From assembly GCF_001677475.2 (NCBI RefSeq), contig NZ_CP015229.1: a stretch of 64,000 nucleotides of DNA, one strand, 5' to 3'. The notes under the pieces are model-generated. The model was not told where the DNA came from. It saw nothing but the letters and a program-made list of their open reading frames with translations, and ran no database searches. Position numbers and translations under genes: made by a program. Shown piece by piece: positions 18,500 to 29,406 of the stretch. Every line of letters begins with the position of its first letter. Positions within the stretch are counted from its first letter, which is position 1. This stretch comes from Escherichia coli (GTDB lineage: Bacteria; Pseudomonadota; Gammaproteobacteria; Enterobacterales; Enterobacteriaceae).

Positions 18500-19711
18500 A
18501 TGTCGACTCGTACCCCTTCATCATCTTCATCCCGCCTGATGCTGACTATCGGGCTTTGTTTTTTGGTCGCTCTGATGGAAGGGCTGGATCTTCAGGCGGC
18601 TGGCATTGCGGCGGGTGGCATCGCCCAGGCTTTCGCACTCGATAAAATGCAAATGGGCTGGATATTCAGCGCCGGAATACTCGGTTTGCTACCCGGCGCG
18701 TTGGTTGGCGGAATGCTGGCGGACCGTTATGGTCGCAAGCGCATTTTGATTGGCTCAGTTGCGCTGTTTGGTTTGTTCTCACTGGCAACGGCGATTGCCT
18801 GGGATTTTCCCTCGCTGGTCTTTGCGCGGCTGATGACCGGTGTCGGGCTGGGGGCGGCGTTGCCGAATCTGATCGCCCTGACGTCTGAAGCCGCGGGGCC
18901 ACGTTTTCGTGGGACTGCAGTGAGCCTGATGTATTGCGGTGTCCCCATTGGCGCAGCGCTGGCGGCGACGCTGGGTTTCGCGGGGGCAAACTTAGCCTGG
19001 CAAACGGTGTTTTGGGTAGGTGGTGTGGTGCCGTTGATTCTGGTGCCGCTATTAATGCGCTGGCTGCCGGAGTCGGCGGTTTTCGCTGGCGAAAAACAGG
19101 CTGCGCCACCACTGCGTGCGTTATTTGCGCCAGAAACGGCAACCGCGACGCTGCTGCTGTGGTTGTGTTATTTCTTCACTCTGCTGGTGGTCTACATGTT
19201 GATCAACTGGCTGCCGCTGCTTTTAGTGGAGCAAGGATTCCAGCCATCGCAGGCGGCAGGGGTGATGTTTGCCCTGCAAATGGGTGCGGCAAGCGGGACG
19301 TTAATGTTGGGTGCATTGATGGATAAGCTGCGTCCAGTAACCATGTCGCTACTGATTTATAGTGGCATGTTAGCTTCGCTGCTGGCGCTGGGAACGATGT
19401 CGTCATTTAACGGTATGTTGCTGGCGGGATTCGTCGCGGGGTTGTTTGCGACAGGTGGGCAAAGCGTTTTGTATGCCCTGGCACCGTTGTTTTACAGTTC
19501 GCAGATCCGCGCAACAGGTGTGGGAACAGCCGTGGCGGTAGGACGTCTGGGGGCTATGAGCGGTCCGTTACTGGCCGGGAAAATGCTGGCATTAGGCACT
19601 GGCACGGTTGGCGTAATGGCCGCTTCTGCACCGGGTATTCTTGTTGCTGGGGTGGCGGTGTTTATTTTGATGAGTCGGAGATCAAGAATGCAGCCGTGTG
19701 CCGATGCCTGA
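18500..19711 (+). CDS. mhpT: MFS 3-hydroxyphenylpropionate transporter
   Basis: Start chosen at MSTRTPSSSSSRLM giving 403 aa; multi-span membrane protein. Confidence 0.9.
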   Translation: MSTRTPSSSSSRLMLTIGLCFLVALMEGLDLQAAGIAAGGIAQAFALDKMQMGWIFSAGILGLLPGALVGGMLADRYGRKRILIGSVALFGLFSLATAIAWDFPSLVFARLMTGVGLGAALPNLIALTSEAAGPRFRGTAVSLMYCGVPIGAALAATLGFAGANLAWQTVFWVGGVVPLILVPLLMRWLPESAVFAGEKQAAPPLRALFAPETATATLLLWLCYFFTLLVVYMLINWLPLLLVEQGFQPSQAAGVMFALQMGAASGTLMLGALMDKLRPVTMSLLIYSGMLASLLALGTMSSFNGMLLAGFVAGLFATGGQSVLYALAPLFYSSQIRATGVGTAVAVGRLGAMSGPLLAGKMLALGTGTVGVMAASAPGILVAGVAVFILMSRRSRMQPCADA

Positions 19712-19812
19712 CGCGCCTTATTAAGCAGGGGCGAAAGGGACTTGCCCCCAATACACCCACGGCGTTTACAGGTATACTCGCTAAAAATTATTCAGCGGGT
19801 TTGGAAACAAAG

Positions 19813-20352
19813 ATGGCAAAACTTACCTTACAAGAGCAGTTGCTCAAAGCAGGATTAGTCACCAGCAAAAAAGCGGCGAAGGTCGAGAGAACGGCGAAAA
19901 AATCGCGCGTTCAGGCGCGTGAAGCTCGGGCAGCGGTAGAAGAAAATAAAAAGGCCCAGCTTGAGCGTGATAAACAGCTTAGCGAGCAACAAAAACAAGC
20001 GGCGTTGGCGAAAGAATATAAAGCGCAGGTGAAGCAGCTTATTGAAATGAACCGGATCACCATTGCCAATGGCGATATTGGTTTTAACTTCACTGACGGC
20101 AATCTGATTAAGAAGATTTTTGTCGATAAGCTCACACAGGCGCAGTTGATTAATGGTCGTCTGGCGATTGCCCGCTTGTTGGTCGATAACAATAGCGAAG
20201 GTGAATACGCCATTATTCCCGCCAGCGTTGCCGATAAAATTGCTCAGCGTGATGCCAGCAGTATAGTGTTGCACAGCGCGCTCAGCGTCGAAGAGCAGGA
20301 TGAAGACGACCCGTATGCCGACTTCAAAGTGCCTGATGATTTGATGTGGTAA
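19813..20352 (+). CDS. yaiL: DUF2058-type protein, nucleoprotein/polynucleotide-associated enzyme
   Basis: Start chosen at MAKLTLQEQLLKAG giving 179 aa; K/E/Q-rich coiled-coil N-terminal half. Confidence 0.85.
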   Translation: MAKLTLQEQLLKAGLVTSKKAAKVERTAKKSRVQAREARAAVEENKKAQLERDKQLSEQQKQAALAKEYKAQVKQLIEMNRITIANGDIGFNFTDGNLIKKIFVDKLTQAQLINGRLAIARLLVDNNSEGEYAIIPASVADKIAQRDASSIVLHSALSVEEQDEDDPYADFKVPDDLMW

Positions 20353-20372
20353 ACATAGATAAGTCGTGCGCA

Positions 20373-20472
20373 GATGCCTGATGCGACGCTATGCGCGTCT
20401 TATCATGCCTACGGCCTGCGGGCGAAATGTAGGCCGGAGAAGGCGTTTACGCCGCATCCGGCAGTCGTGCAC
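20373..20472. repeat. REP/BIME elements between yaiL and frmB
   Basis: gcctgatgcgacgc, gtaggccggag, gccgcatccggc motifs. Confidence 0.8.
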
Positions 20473-20474
20473 TA

Positions 20475-21311
20475 TTACCAACGCATATTCAGTTTATTGG
20501 CGTGGTAGGCAATATGCTCGCCAATAAGACTGGAGACAAAATAATAGCTGTGATCATAACCCTCGTGATAACGGATTAACGTCTTGATATTCATCTCCTG
20601 GCAGATCTTTTCAAGATTTTGAGTCCGCAGCTGTTCCGCGTAAAAATCATCATTCAATCCCTGATCAACCATGATTTCCGCAACGCGTTGACCTTGTGAA
20701 ATAAGGCTCATCGGATCGTAATCCAACCAGGCATCTTTATTTTCACCAAGATATGCGGCAAAGGCTTGCTGTCCCCACGGTACTTGCGATGGGGAGACAA
20801 TGGGCGAAAACGCCGAGACGCTGACATATTCATCTGGGTTACGTAACGCCAGCACCAGCGCGCCCAGTCCGCCCATAGAATGACCTGAGATAGACTTTCT
20901 GGCCGTTGCCGGAAAATGATGCATCACTAAATCCGGCAGCTCGTTGCGGATATAGTCATACATTTTGTAATTTTCATTCCACGGCGCTTGCGTTGCGTTC
21001 AGGTAAAACCCGGCACCTTGCCCGAGATCGTAACGGTCAGCATCTGCGACATGACTGCCTCGCGGACTGGTGTCCGGCGCAACAACAATAATGTTGTGCT
21101 CAGCCGCGTAACGCTGCATCCCCGATTTAGTAATGAAATTCTGCTCGTTGCAGGTCAGGCCTGAAAGCCAGTACAGCACCGGCAATTTTTCATTCGCGGC
21201 TTTTGGTGGGAGATAGACGCCGACATTCATTTCACATTTCAGTGATTGGGAATAATGCCGATACACATTTTGCCAGCCGCCAAAGCTGGCATGTTTTTCA
21301 ATGAGTTCCAT
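20475..21311 (-). CDS. frmB: S-formylglutathione hydrolase (esterase D family)
   Basis: 278-aa ORF with GHSMGG serine-hydrolase motif. Confidence 0.94.
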   Translation of the reverse strand: MELIEKHASFGGWQNVYRHYSQSLKCEMNVGVYLPPKAANEKLPVLYWLSGLTCNEQNFITKSGMQRYAAEHNIIVVAPDTSPRGSHVADADRYDLGQGAGFYLNATQAPWNENYKMYDYIRNELPDLVMHHFPATARKSISGHSMGGLGALVLALRNPDEYVSVSAFSPIVSPSQVPWGQQAFAAYLGENKDAWLDYDPMSLISQGQRVAEIMVDQGLNDDFYAEQLRTQNLEKICQEMNIKTLIRYHEGYDHSYYFVSSLIGEHIAYHANKLNMRW

Positions 21312-21404
21312 CAGTCATTATCTCACGGTTAATCCCCCGGGCGGCTGCCCGGGGAGAGTATTAAGAACCCCGCCTGAACTGGACGGGGTAAAACCTGCGG
21401 GAAA

Positions 21405-22544
<1,140 letters not shown>

Positions 22545-22548
22545 TCAG

Positions 22549-22824
22549 CTATTTAAGATAGGCTCGAACCAGTTCAATAGTGTCGTCAACGGATTGGCTG
22601 ACTTCGCGGCTGTAGCAGTCATTTCGGTCAAACGTTTCCCGGATATGGCTTTCAAGCACTTCTGCCATCAGCCCGTTAGCCGCGCCCCGAACGGCAGCGA
22701 TCTGTTGGAGTATGGCACGGCATTCGGCATCACCCTCCAGCGACCGTTCCAGAGCATCAATCTGCCCCCGAATACGACGAACTCGAGTAAGGACCTTTTT
22801 CTTCTCTTCCGGAGTACTGGGCAT
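22549..22824 (-). CDS. frmR: formaldehyde-responsive repressor (CsoR/RcnR family)
   Basis: Start chosen at [21 protein letters not shown] giving 91 aa. Confidence 0.93.
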
Positions 22825-22850
22825 TTCGCACCTCATCATCTGTATGCAAT

Positions 22851-22899
22851 ATACTATAGGGGGGTATGCTATATGTCAATCCATACCCCTGTATAGTAT
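22851..22899. promoter_or_regulatory. long inverted repeat just upstream of frmR (candidate frmRAB promoter/FrmR operator)
   Basis: atactataggggggtatg ... catacccctgtatagtat, near-perfect 18-bp arms around a 13-bp spacer, 27 bp upstream of the frmR start. Confidence 0.7.
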
Positions 22900-23012
22900 A
22901 TAACACTGGAGAATAAAATTTATCCGGTGAATGTGGTCGGAAAACAAAGAGGAAAGGGGGTGGGGGCTAATCGGCAGGGAAGGCCGCCCCGGATAGCGGG
23001 CGGCAGAAGGAA

Positions 23013-23786
23013 TCAGAATTTCCAGGTCAGATGGGCTGCAAGTTGCAGACCGTTATAATCATCGGTTGGGGTGTCGTACCACACTTTACCTGCCGTCAGC
23101 CCGAGATTAAGTTGCTCAGTCAGCGGTTGAATACGTTGCAGACTGACGCTCTTCATGCTGCCGTAGCGTGTTTCTGGCGTCCAGTCATAGGTATAAGCGC
23201 CTGTTCCGCGGCTTAGCCATAGTTGCGTATAACCAATGCCGCGCGGGTCATTCAGACGCACGGAAATCATATTGCTATAACTACCACCTGCATCGCTGGA
23301 GTCATAATGGGTATAGCGGTAGCTGGTGATCACCGGGCCAGTATAGAGTGATACGCCGCCTTGCCAGGCATCGACTTCGACATCATCGTAATATTTAGTG
23401 TAGCGATAACCGGTCGTGAAAAGCGTTTTTGGTAACAGGGCCAGGTTAATATCCTGACGAAAATCCTGGCGGGCAAAGACCGGCGTATTATCCGCAAAGG
23501 CAATACCCGTTCGGGTTGTCAGCCAGTTATTCCATTTATACCAGACCGCACCCTGACCGCGAGTGGCATTGAAATGTTCAGTTTCATAATCACGACGCCC
23601 CTGGGAAAGATTAAAAAGCAGCGTTGCGTTATCAACTTTCGCCACCAGTTCAGCATACGCTAAATTACGGTTGCCATGATCGCCAGAATAATCGGTAAAA
23701 TCGTAGCCCGCGGTAATGGAAGTTAACCCGGCATAAGCGGGCAATGCGCTAAAAATGGCCGCCGCTAATAACGTCCGTTTTATCAT
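23013..23786 (-). CDS. yaiO: outer-membrane beta-barrel protein
   Basis: 257-aa ORF with signal peptide (MIKRTLLAAAIFSALPAYA) and C-terminal aromatic residue (..HLTWKF). Confidence 0.9.
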   Translation of the reverse strand: MIKRTLLAAAIFSALPAYAGLTSITAGYDFTDYSGDHGNRNLAYAELVAKVDNATLLFNLSQGRRDYETEHFNATRGQGAVWYKWNNWLTTRTGIAFADNTPVFARQDFRQDINLALLPKTLFTTGYRYTKYYDDVEVDAWQGGVSLYTGPVITSYRYTHYDSSDAGGSYSNMISVRLNDPRGIGYTQLWLSRGTGAYTYDWTPETRYGSMKSVSLQRIQPLTEQLNLGLTAGKVWYDTPTDDYNGLQLAAHLTWKF

Positions 23787-23787
23787 T

Positions 23788-24498
23788 TTAATCTCCTGTA
23801 CGGATAATTTCTTGTCGGAGTGAATAAGTTCCGGTAGGTAAATTACGTTCTACAATCACGCGCGGGCCAAGTTGCGTGTTCGGGGAAATAATTCGCCCAG
23901 GCAAAATAATAACTTGTACGCCAAGGCGTGAACGCTGCCCGATATAACAACCTAATTTATCGCATCCGGTAGCGAAAATTCCCTCTGGAGTTCGAACAGA
24001 CACGGGCTGTTCATCCAGACGATGATTACTGGTACGTACTTGTGCGCCTAAATATGCCTGGTTTTCAACTACCGAGTCGGCAATAAAACATTGCGGACCA
24101 ATCGTTGCTTCCGCTTCAATAACCGCATTTTTAATCTCGGTGGCAAAACCAATTTTTACGCCATTACTGATTATTGTGCCAGGACGAATAAACGCATAAT
24201 TACCTATCAGGCAGTTTGCGCCAATCACTACCGGACCCTGAATAACGGCACCATGACAAATACGGGTATTCGCGCCGATAACAACTTCACCTGCAGTTTC
24301 ATCAATAATTACCTGGTCTGCAATCTGAATATTTTTCTCTTTAACATTAAGCTTCAGATAGTTTTTCAGTTCCTGTGACAGAAGGTTGGGAATAAGCGGT
24401 TGACGCTTCCACCAGTGCGGAATAGCGGGTGGGTTTGTCGCGCTGAGGTTCGCGTCCAGTAAAAAAGGCAATAAGTCCATAAATAATCCAGATGGCAT
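23788..24498 (-). CDS. yaiX: hexapeptide-repeat (left-handed beta-helix) acyl/acetyltransferase; start uncertain because the longest ORF overlaps yaiP by 152 bp
   Basis: Repeated [LIV]-G-x-x-x-x hexapeptide motifs (VIGANTRI, VIGANCLIGNYAFIRPG, IGDN-like); single uninterrupted frame with no IS insertion. Confidence 0.8.
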   Translation of the reverse strand: MPSGLFMDLLPFLLDANLSATNPPAIPHWWKRQPLIPNLLSQELKNYLKLNVKEKNIQIADQVIIDETAGEVVIGANTRICHGAVIQGPVVIGANCLIGNYAFIRPGTIISNGVKIGFATEIKNAVIEAEATIGPQCFIADSVVENQAYLGAQVRTSNHRLDEQPVSVRTPEGIFATGCDKLGCYIGQRSRLGVQVIILPGRIISPNTQLGPRVIVERNLPTGTYSLRQEIIRTGD

Positions 24499-25543
24499 AA
24501 GCTAATAATACATACACAACGGAAAGCGGCGCTAAAGGCACCAACAACCAGCAACGATGAAACCAGGCGCTAAAAGCACCAATAACACAAACTACGCCGA
24601 CCCAGATAAGCGGAAACATTGCCAACACCACACCATGCGGCCCGGTGGTGATGAATTCATTAAACCAGGTAGTGAGATAAATCCCAACGCCATAAAGCAC
24701 AACCAACAGCATAGGAAATATACTGAAGATACCAAAGCGGCTAAATAAAAGTCTTTTATGCAGGCGCATACAGACCGCGTAGCCCACAATCCAACGCCGC
24801 CAGCGACGCCACTCCTCACGCGGGCTGTTGCATTCCTGTGGGTATACGATGCAGCGATTCGCCTGCCGAATACGGTAGCCGTTTGCCACTAATGTCCAGG
24901 TGAGATCAAGGTCTTCGACTTTAGTACGATCCGAGAAACCGAACTTACGCAATACATCAGTACGGAACATCCCGCAGGCACCGCTGATGATAAACGGTGC
25001 GCCGCCCAGGAGCTGCTGTAGCGTGCGCTTCATAACAATCATCGGCAACTTTACGGTCGCGCGGATGTGCGGTAACAGCCCCGCGCCTTTCAACGCAGTA
25101 GAGGGAATGCCGCCTACGGCATCAGCACCGCGCTCAATTTCTGCCAGCATATAGCCCATTCCGTCTTGATCGGGCGGAACATAGGTGTCGGCATCACTTA
25201 AAAAAACCTGGTCGCAGGTGGCGTAATTGAGGCCATTCATCAGCGCACCACCTTTACCGGTATTTTTTTGCGTGACGGCAACAAAGCGGTCGCCCCATTT
25301 GCGTTTGACTTTCGCCATGACCGCTTCGGTATTGTCCGTGGAGCCGTCGTTAACGCAAATTACCCGGCAAAAATAAGGGTTACGCAGTAGATTATCCAGT
25401 GACTGCGCCAGACACGGGCCTTCGTTATACGCAGGTATAATGGCGTCAATACAGCCTTTGTTTTGACTGGGTTTACGTCTTAGCGTACTTAAAAACCATA
25501 GCAACATTGCTATGGACATACAGATAAATATCCAGGTTTTCAT
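24347..25543 (-). CDS. yaiP: family-2 glycosyltransferase with N- and C-terminal transmembrane segments
   Basis: 398-aa ORF; GT2 signatures (IIPAYNEG, VNDGSTDNT, DAD); hydrophobic N-terminus and several C-terminal TM helices. Confidence 0.88.
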   Translation of the reverse strand: MKTWIFICMSIAMLLWFLSTLRRKPSQNKGCIDAIIPAYNEGPCLAQSLDNLLRNPYFCRVICVNDGSTDNTEAVMAKVKRKWGDRFVAVTQKNTGKGGALMNGLNYATCDQVFLSDADTYVPPDQDGMGYMLAEIERGADAVGGIPSTALKGAGLLPHIRATVKLPMIVMKRTLQQLLGGAPFIISGACGMFRTDVLRKFGFSDRTKVEDLDLTWTLVANGYRIRQANRCIVYPQECNSPREEWRRWRRWIVGYAVCMRLHKRLLFSRFGIFSIFPMLLVVLYGVGIYLTTWFNEFITTGPHGVVLAMFPLIWVGVVCVIGAFSAWFHRCWLLVPLAPLSVVYVLLAYAIWIIYGLIAFFTGREPQRDKPTRYSALVEASTAYSQPSVTGTEKLSEA

Positions 25544-25552
25544 GCAATTTGC

Positions 25553-26224
25553 TCAAAGAATCATTTTATGAATTACAAAGCCTTCACCCAGATCGCTATT
25601 GACCTGTTGCCCGCGAAATTGTGCAACTGCACGCAGGCGATCATGACGCATATAATCACGTCGTTCCTGGCTTTTATGTTTTTTTAATGCAGCAAGTTTG
25701 ACTGTGAAATATTCTTCTTTAACGGATTCAAAAACCTGAGGCATAAATGAAAGCCAGGTACTTGGGGTTTCGTAGCCGAGAATTTGTGGAATAGTGCGGC
25801 AGGCAACCATTGAAGCTTGATAAACAGCGAGATGATCCTGATGGCGGTCGGCATCATGCATGGTATATACCCGCATGATTTCAACATCAGAAGGAATTTG
25901 ATTTTTAATGATGTCTTCCAGGGCGGAAATCATATCATTGAGCTGTAAATGCGCGCGGGTGTCAGCAAAATTAAGATGAATAGTTTGGTGGCACCCTAAT
26001 ATCTTTAGGGCGTTGCGAGATTCTTCATGGCGATCGATTATTCCATCTGTGCCAGAGTTGCCGGTAGTCATCACCACGGCTGCGATATAAATTCCTTTTT
26101 GCGCAAGACGAGCAAGCGATGCGCCACAGCCTAATTCTATATCGTCAGGATGTGCGCCAATAGCAAGGATACCCTTTCTTTTATTTGCCGAAGAAAGGAG
26201 GGCTGAATCTAAAACTTTATCCAC
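25553..26224 (-). CDS. yaiS: PIG-L/LmbE-family N-acetylglucosaminyl deacetylase
   Basis: 223-aa ORF with N-terminal AIGAHPDDIELGCG motif characteristic of LmbE-like deacetylases. Confidence 0.85.
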   Translation of the reverse strand: MDKVLDSALLSSANKRKGILAIGAHPDDIELGCGASLARLAQKGIYIAAVVMTTGNSGTDGIIDRHEESRNALKILGCHQTIHLNFADTRAHLQLNDMISALEDIIKNQIPSDVEIMRVYTMHDADRHQDHLAVYQASMVACRTIPQILGYETPSTWLSFMPQVFESVKEEYFTVKLAALKKHKSQERRDYMRHDRLRAVAQFRGQQVNSDLGEGFVIHKMIL

Positions 26225-26839
26225 TTAATGACACTCCATTTTATTTATTATACTACAAGCACAACGATGCACTCAGAGACGTAATCTCTGGCGCAGTCAG
26301 ATGCTAATTTATAAGTGTTAAATGTTGCTCATAACTGAAAAGCCAGGGCTTTCAGACCCGGGGGTTCGACTGGGTAATGTTTTTATGCAATTCATATGTT
26401 AAGTGTTTGTATGTTTGGTATGTATAGTTATTTTGTTTTATACATTGTATTTAGATGTGATTTAGTTTGTCAATTAATTGCATTTAAAAAATATGTTCTG
26501 TGAACAAGCATTGTTTATATACATTATGTGAATGTAATATGCGGGTGATTGAGAATGATACAGTGACATATGTAATGCGAATATAATAATTTTATTATAT
26601 GTATTGATATTGATAGAAATAGTGAAGTAATAAATCTCATAATATGGTTGTTTATGCATCACTAGAATGAAGCATAGTAATTTTCTCAATTGTTAGGGCA
26701 GGGTAATTGCATATTTAATCTTTCCTTTGCCACTTTTTCGCTAAGAATAAAATCATCTGTGCGATAACAACTAATTCTTTTAATGAATGTTTTTATTCCT
26801 GAATACTGCTCCCATAACAAGACAGGGGAGCAGACAATC

Positions 26840-27802
26840 ATGGCAATTTCTTCGCGTAACACACTTCTTGCCGCACTGGCATTCATCGCTTTTCAGGCAC
26901 AGGCGGTGAACGTCACTGTGGCGTATCAAACTTCAGCCGAACCGGCGAAAGTGGCTCAGGCCGACAACACCTTTGCTAAAGAGAGCGGGGCGAGCGTTGA
27001 CTGGCGTAAGTTTGACAGCGGAGCCAGCATCGTGCGGGCGCTGGCTTCTGGCGACGTGCAAATCGGCAACCTCGGTTCCAGCCCGTTAGCGGTTGCAGCC
27101 AGCCAACAGGTGCCGATTGAAGTCTTCTTGCTGGCGTCAAAACTGGGTAACTCCGAAGCGCTGGTGGTGAAGAAAACTATCAGCAAACCGGAAGATCTGA
27201 TTGGCAAGCGCATCGCCGTACCGTTTATCTCCACCACCCACTACAGCCTGCTGGCGGCGCTGAAACACTGGGGTATTAAACCCGGGCAAGTGGAGATTGT
27301 GAACCTGCAGCCGCCCGCGATTATCGCTGCATGGCAGCGGGGAGACATTGATGGTGCTTATGTCTGGGCACCGGCGGTTAACGCCCTGGAAAAAGACGGC
27401 AAGGTGCTGACCGATTCTGAACAGGTCGGGCAGTGGGGCGCGCCGACACTGGACGTCTGGGTGGTGCGCAAAGATTTTGCCGAGAAACATCCAGAGGTCG
27501 TGAAAGCGTTCGCCAAAAGCGCGATCGATGCTCAGCAACCGTACATTGCTAACCCAGACGCGTGGCTGAAACAGCCTGAAAACATCAGCAAACTGGCGCG
27601 GTTAAGCGGCGTGCCTGAAGGTGACGTTCCGGGGCTGGTGAAGGGGAATACCTATCTGACGCCGCAGCAGCAAACGGCAGAACTGACCGGACCGGTGAAC
27701 AAAGCGATCATCGACACCGCGCAGTTTTTGAAAGAGCAGGGCAAAGTCCCGGCTGTAGCGAACGATTACAGCCAGTACGTTACCTCGCGCTTCGTGCAAT
27801 AA
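26840..27802 (+). CDS. tauA: taurine ABC transporter periplasmic binding protein
   Basis: Start chosen at MAISSRNTLLAALAFIAFQAQA (signal peptide) giving 320 aa. Confidence 0.93.
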   Translation: MAISSRNTLLAALAFIAFQAQAVNVTVAYQTSAEPAKVAQADNTFAKESGASVDWRKFDSGASIVRALASGDVQIGNLGSSPLAVAASQQVPIEVFLLASKLGNSEALVVKKTISKPEDLIGKRIAVPFISTTHYSLLAALKHWGIKPGQVEIVNLQPPAIIAAWQRGDIDGAYVWAPAVNALEKDGKVLTDSEQVGQWGAPTLDVWVVRKDFAEKHPEVVKAFAKSAIDAQQPYIANPDAWLKQPENISKLARLSGVPEGDVPGLVKGNTYLTPQQQTAELTGPVNKAIIDTAQFLKEQGKVPAVANDYSQYVTSRFVQ

Positions 27803-27814
27803 AAGGAGGCGCAG

Positions 27815-28582
27815 ATGCTGCAAATCTCTCATCTCTATGCCGATTATGGCGGCAAACCGGCGCTGGAAGATATCAACCTGACGCTGGAAAGCAGCGAGCT
27901 ACTGGTGGTGCTGGGGCCGTCCGGCTGCGGTAAAACCACCCTGCTGAATCTGATTGCCGGTTTTGTGCCTTATCAGCACGGCAGTATTCAACTGGCGGGC
28001 AAACGCATTGAGGGGCCGGGAGCAGAGCGTGGCGTAGTTTTTCAGAATGAAGGGCTGCTACCGTGGCGTAATGTACGGGACAACGTGGCGTTCGGCCTGC
28101 AACTGGCAGGTGTTGAGAAAATGCAGCGACTGGAAATCGCGCACCAGATGCTGAAAAAAGTGGGGCTGGAAGGGGCAGAAAAACGCTATATCTGGCAGCT
28201 TTCCGGCGGTCAACGTCAGCGGGTGGGGATTGCCCGCGCGCTGGCGGCGAATCCCCAGCTGTTATTACTCGACGAACCGTTTGGCGCGCTGGACGCCTTC
28301 ACCCGCGATCAGATGCAAACCCTGCTGCTGAAACTCTGGCAGGAGACAGGTAAGCAGGTGCTGTTGATTACCCACGATATAGAAGAAGCGGTGTTTATGG
28401 CAACCGAACTGGTTCTGCTTTCACCCGGCCCTGGCCGTGTGCTGGAGCGGCTGCCGCTCAACTTCGCCCGCCGCTTTGTTGCCGGGGAACCGAGCCGCAG
28501 CATCAAGTCCGATCCACAATTCATCGCCATGCGCGAATATGTTTTAAGCCGCGTATTTGAGCAACGGGAGGCGTTCTCATGA
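27815..28582 (+). CDS. tauB: taurine ABC transporter ATP-binding protein
   Basis: Walker A (GPSGCGKTT), ABC signature (LSGGQRQR), Walker B (LLLLDEP). Confidence 0.95.
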   Translation: MLQISHLYADYGGKPALEDINLTLESSELLVVLGPSGCGKTTLLNLIAGFVPYQHGSIQLAGKRIEGPGAERGVVFQNEGLLPWRNVRDNVAFGLQLAGVEKMQRLEIAHQMLKKVGLEGAEKRYIWQLSGGQRQRVGIARALAANPQLLLLDEPFGALDAFTRDQMQTLLLKLWQETGKQVLLITHDIEEAVFMATELVLLSPGPGRVLERLPLNFARRFVAGEPSRSIKSDPQFIAMREYVLSRVFEQREAFS

Positions 28583-29406
28583 GTGTGCTTATTAATGAAA
28601 AACTGCATTCGCATCGGCTGAAATGGCGCAGGCCGCTCTCGCGTCAGGTGACCTTAAGCATTGGCACGTTAGCGGTTTTACTCACTGTATGGTGGACGGT
28701 GGCGGCGCTGCAACTGATTAGCCCGCTGTTTTTGCCGCCGCCGCAACAAGTACTGGCAAAACTGCTCACCATTGCCGGACCGCAGGGATTTATGGACGCC
28801 ACGCTGTGGCAGCATCTGGCCGCCAGCCTGACGCGCATTTTGCTGGCGCTACTCGCGGCGGTGTTGATTGGTATTCCGGTCGGGATCGCTATGGGGCTAA
28901 GCCCGACGGTGCGTGGCATTCTCGATCCGATCATCGAGCTTTATCGTCCGGTGCCGCCGCTGGCTTATTTGCCGCTGATGGTGATCTGGTTTGGTATTGG
29001 TGAAACCTCGAAGATCTTACTGATCTATTTAGCGATTTTTGCGCCGGTGGCGATGTCGGCGCTGGCAGGGGTGAAAAGTGCACAGCAGGTTCGCATTCGT
29101 GCCGCCCAGTCGCTGGGTGCCAGCCGTGCGCAGGTGCTGTGGTTTGTCATTTTGCCCGGCGCGCTGCCGGAAATTCTCACCGGATTACGCATTGGTCTGG
29201 GTGTGGGCTGGTCTACGCTGGTGGCGGCGGAGCTGATTGCCGCGACGCGCGGTTTAGGATTTATGGTTCAGTCAGCGGGTGAATTTCTCGCGACTGACGT
29301 GGTGCTGGCGGGGATCGCGGTGATTGCGATTATCGCCTTTCTTTTAGAACTGGGTCTGCGCGCGTTACAGCGCCGCCTGACGCCCTGGCATGGAGAAGTA
29401 CAATGA
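28579..29406 (+). CDS. tauC: taurine ABC transporter permease
   Basis: 275-aa multi-span membrane protein, 4-bp overlap with tauB. Confidence 0.94.
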   Translation: MSVLINEKLHSHRLKWRRPLSRQVTLSIGTLAVLLTVWWTVAALQLISPLFLPPPQQVLAKLLTIAGPQGFMDATLWQHLAASLTRILLALLAAVLIGIPVGIAMGLSPTVRGILDPIIELYRPVPPLAYLPLMVIWFGIGETSKILLIYLAIFAPVAMSALAGVKSAQQVRIRAAQSLGASRAQVLWFVILPGALPEILTGLRIGLGVGWSTLVAAELIAATRGLGFMVQSAGEFLATDVVLAGIAVIAIIAFLLELGLRALQRRLTPWHGEVQ

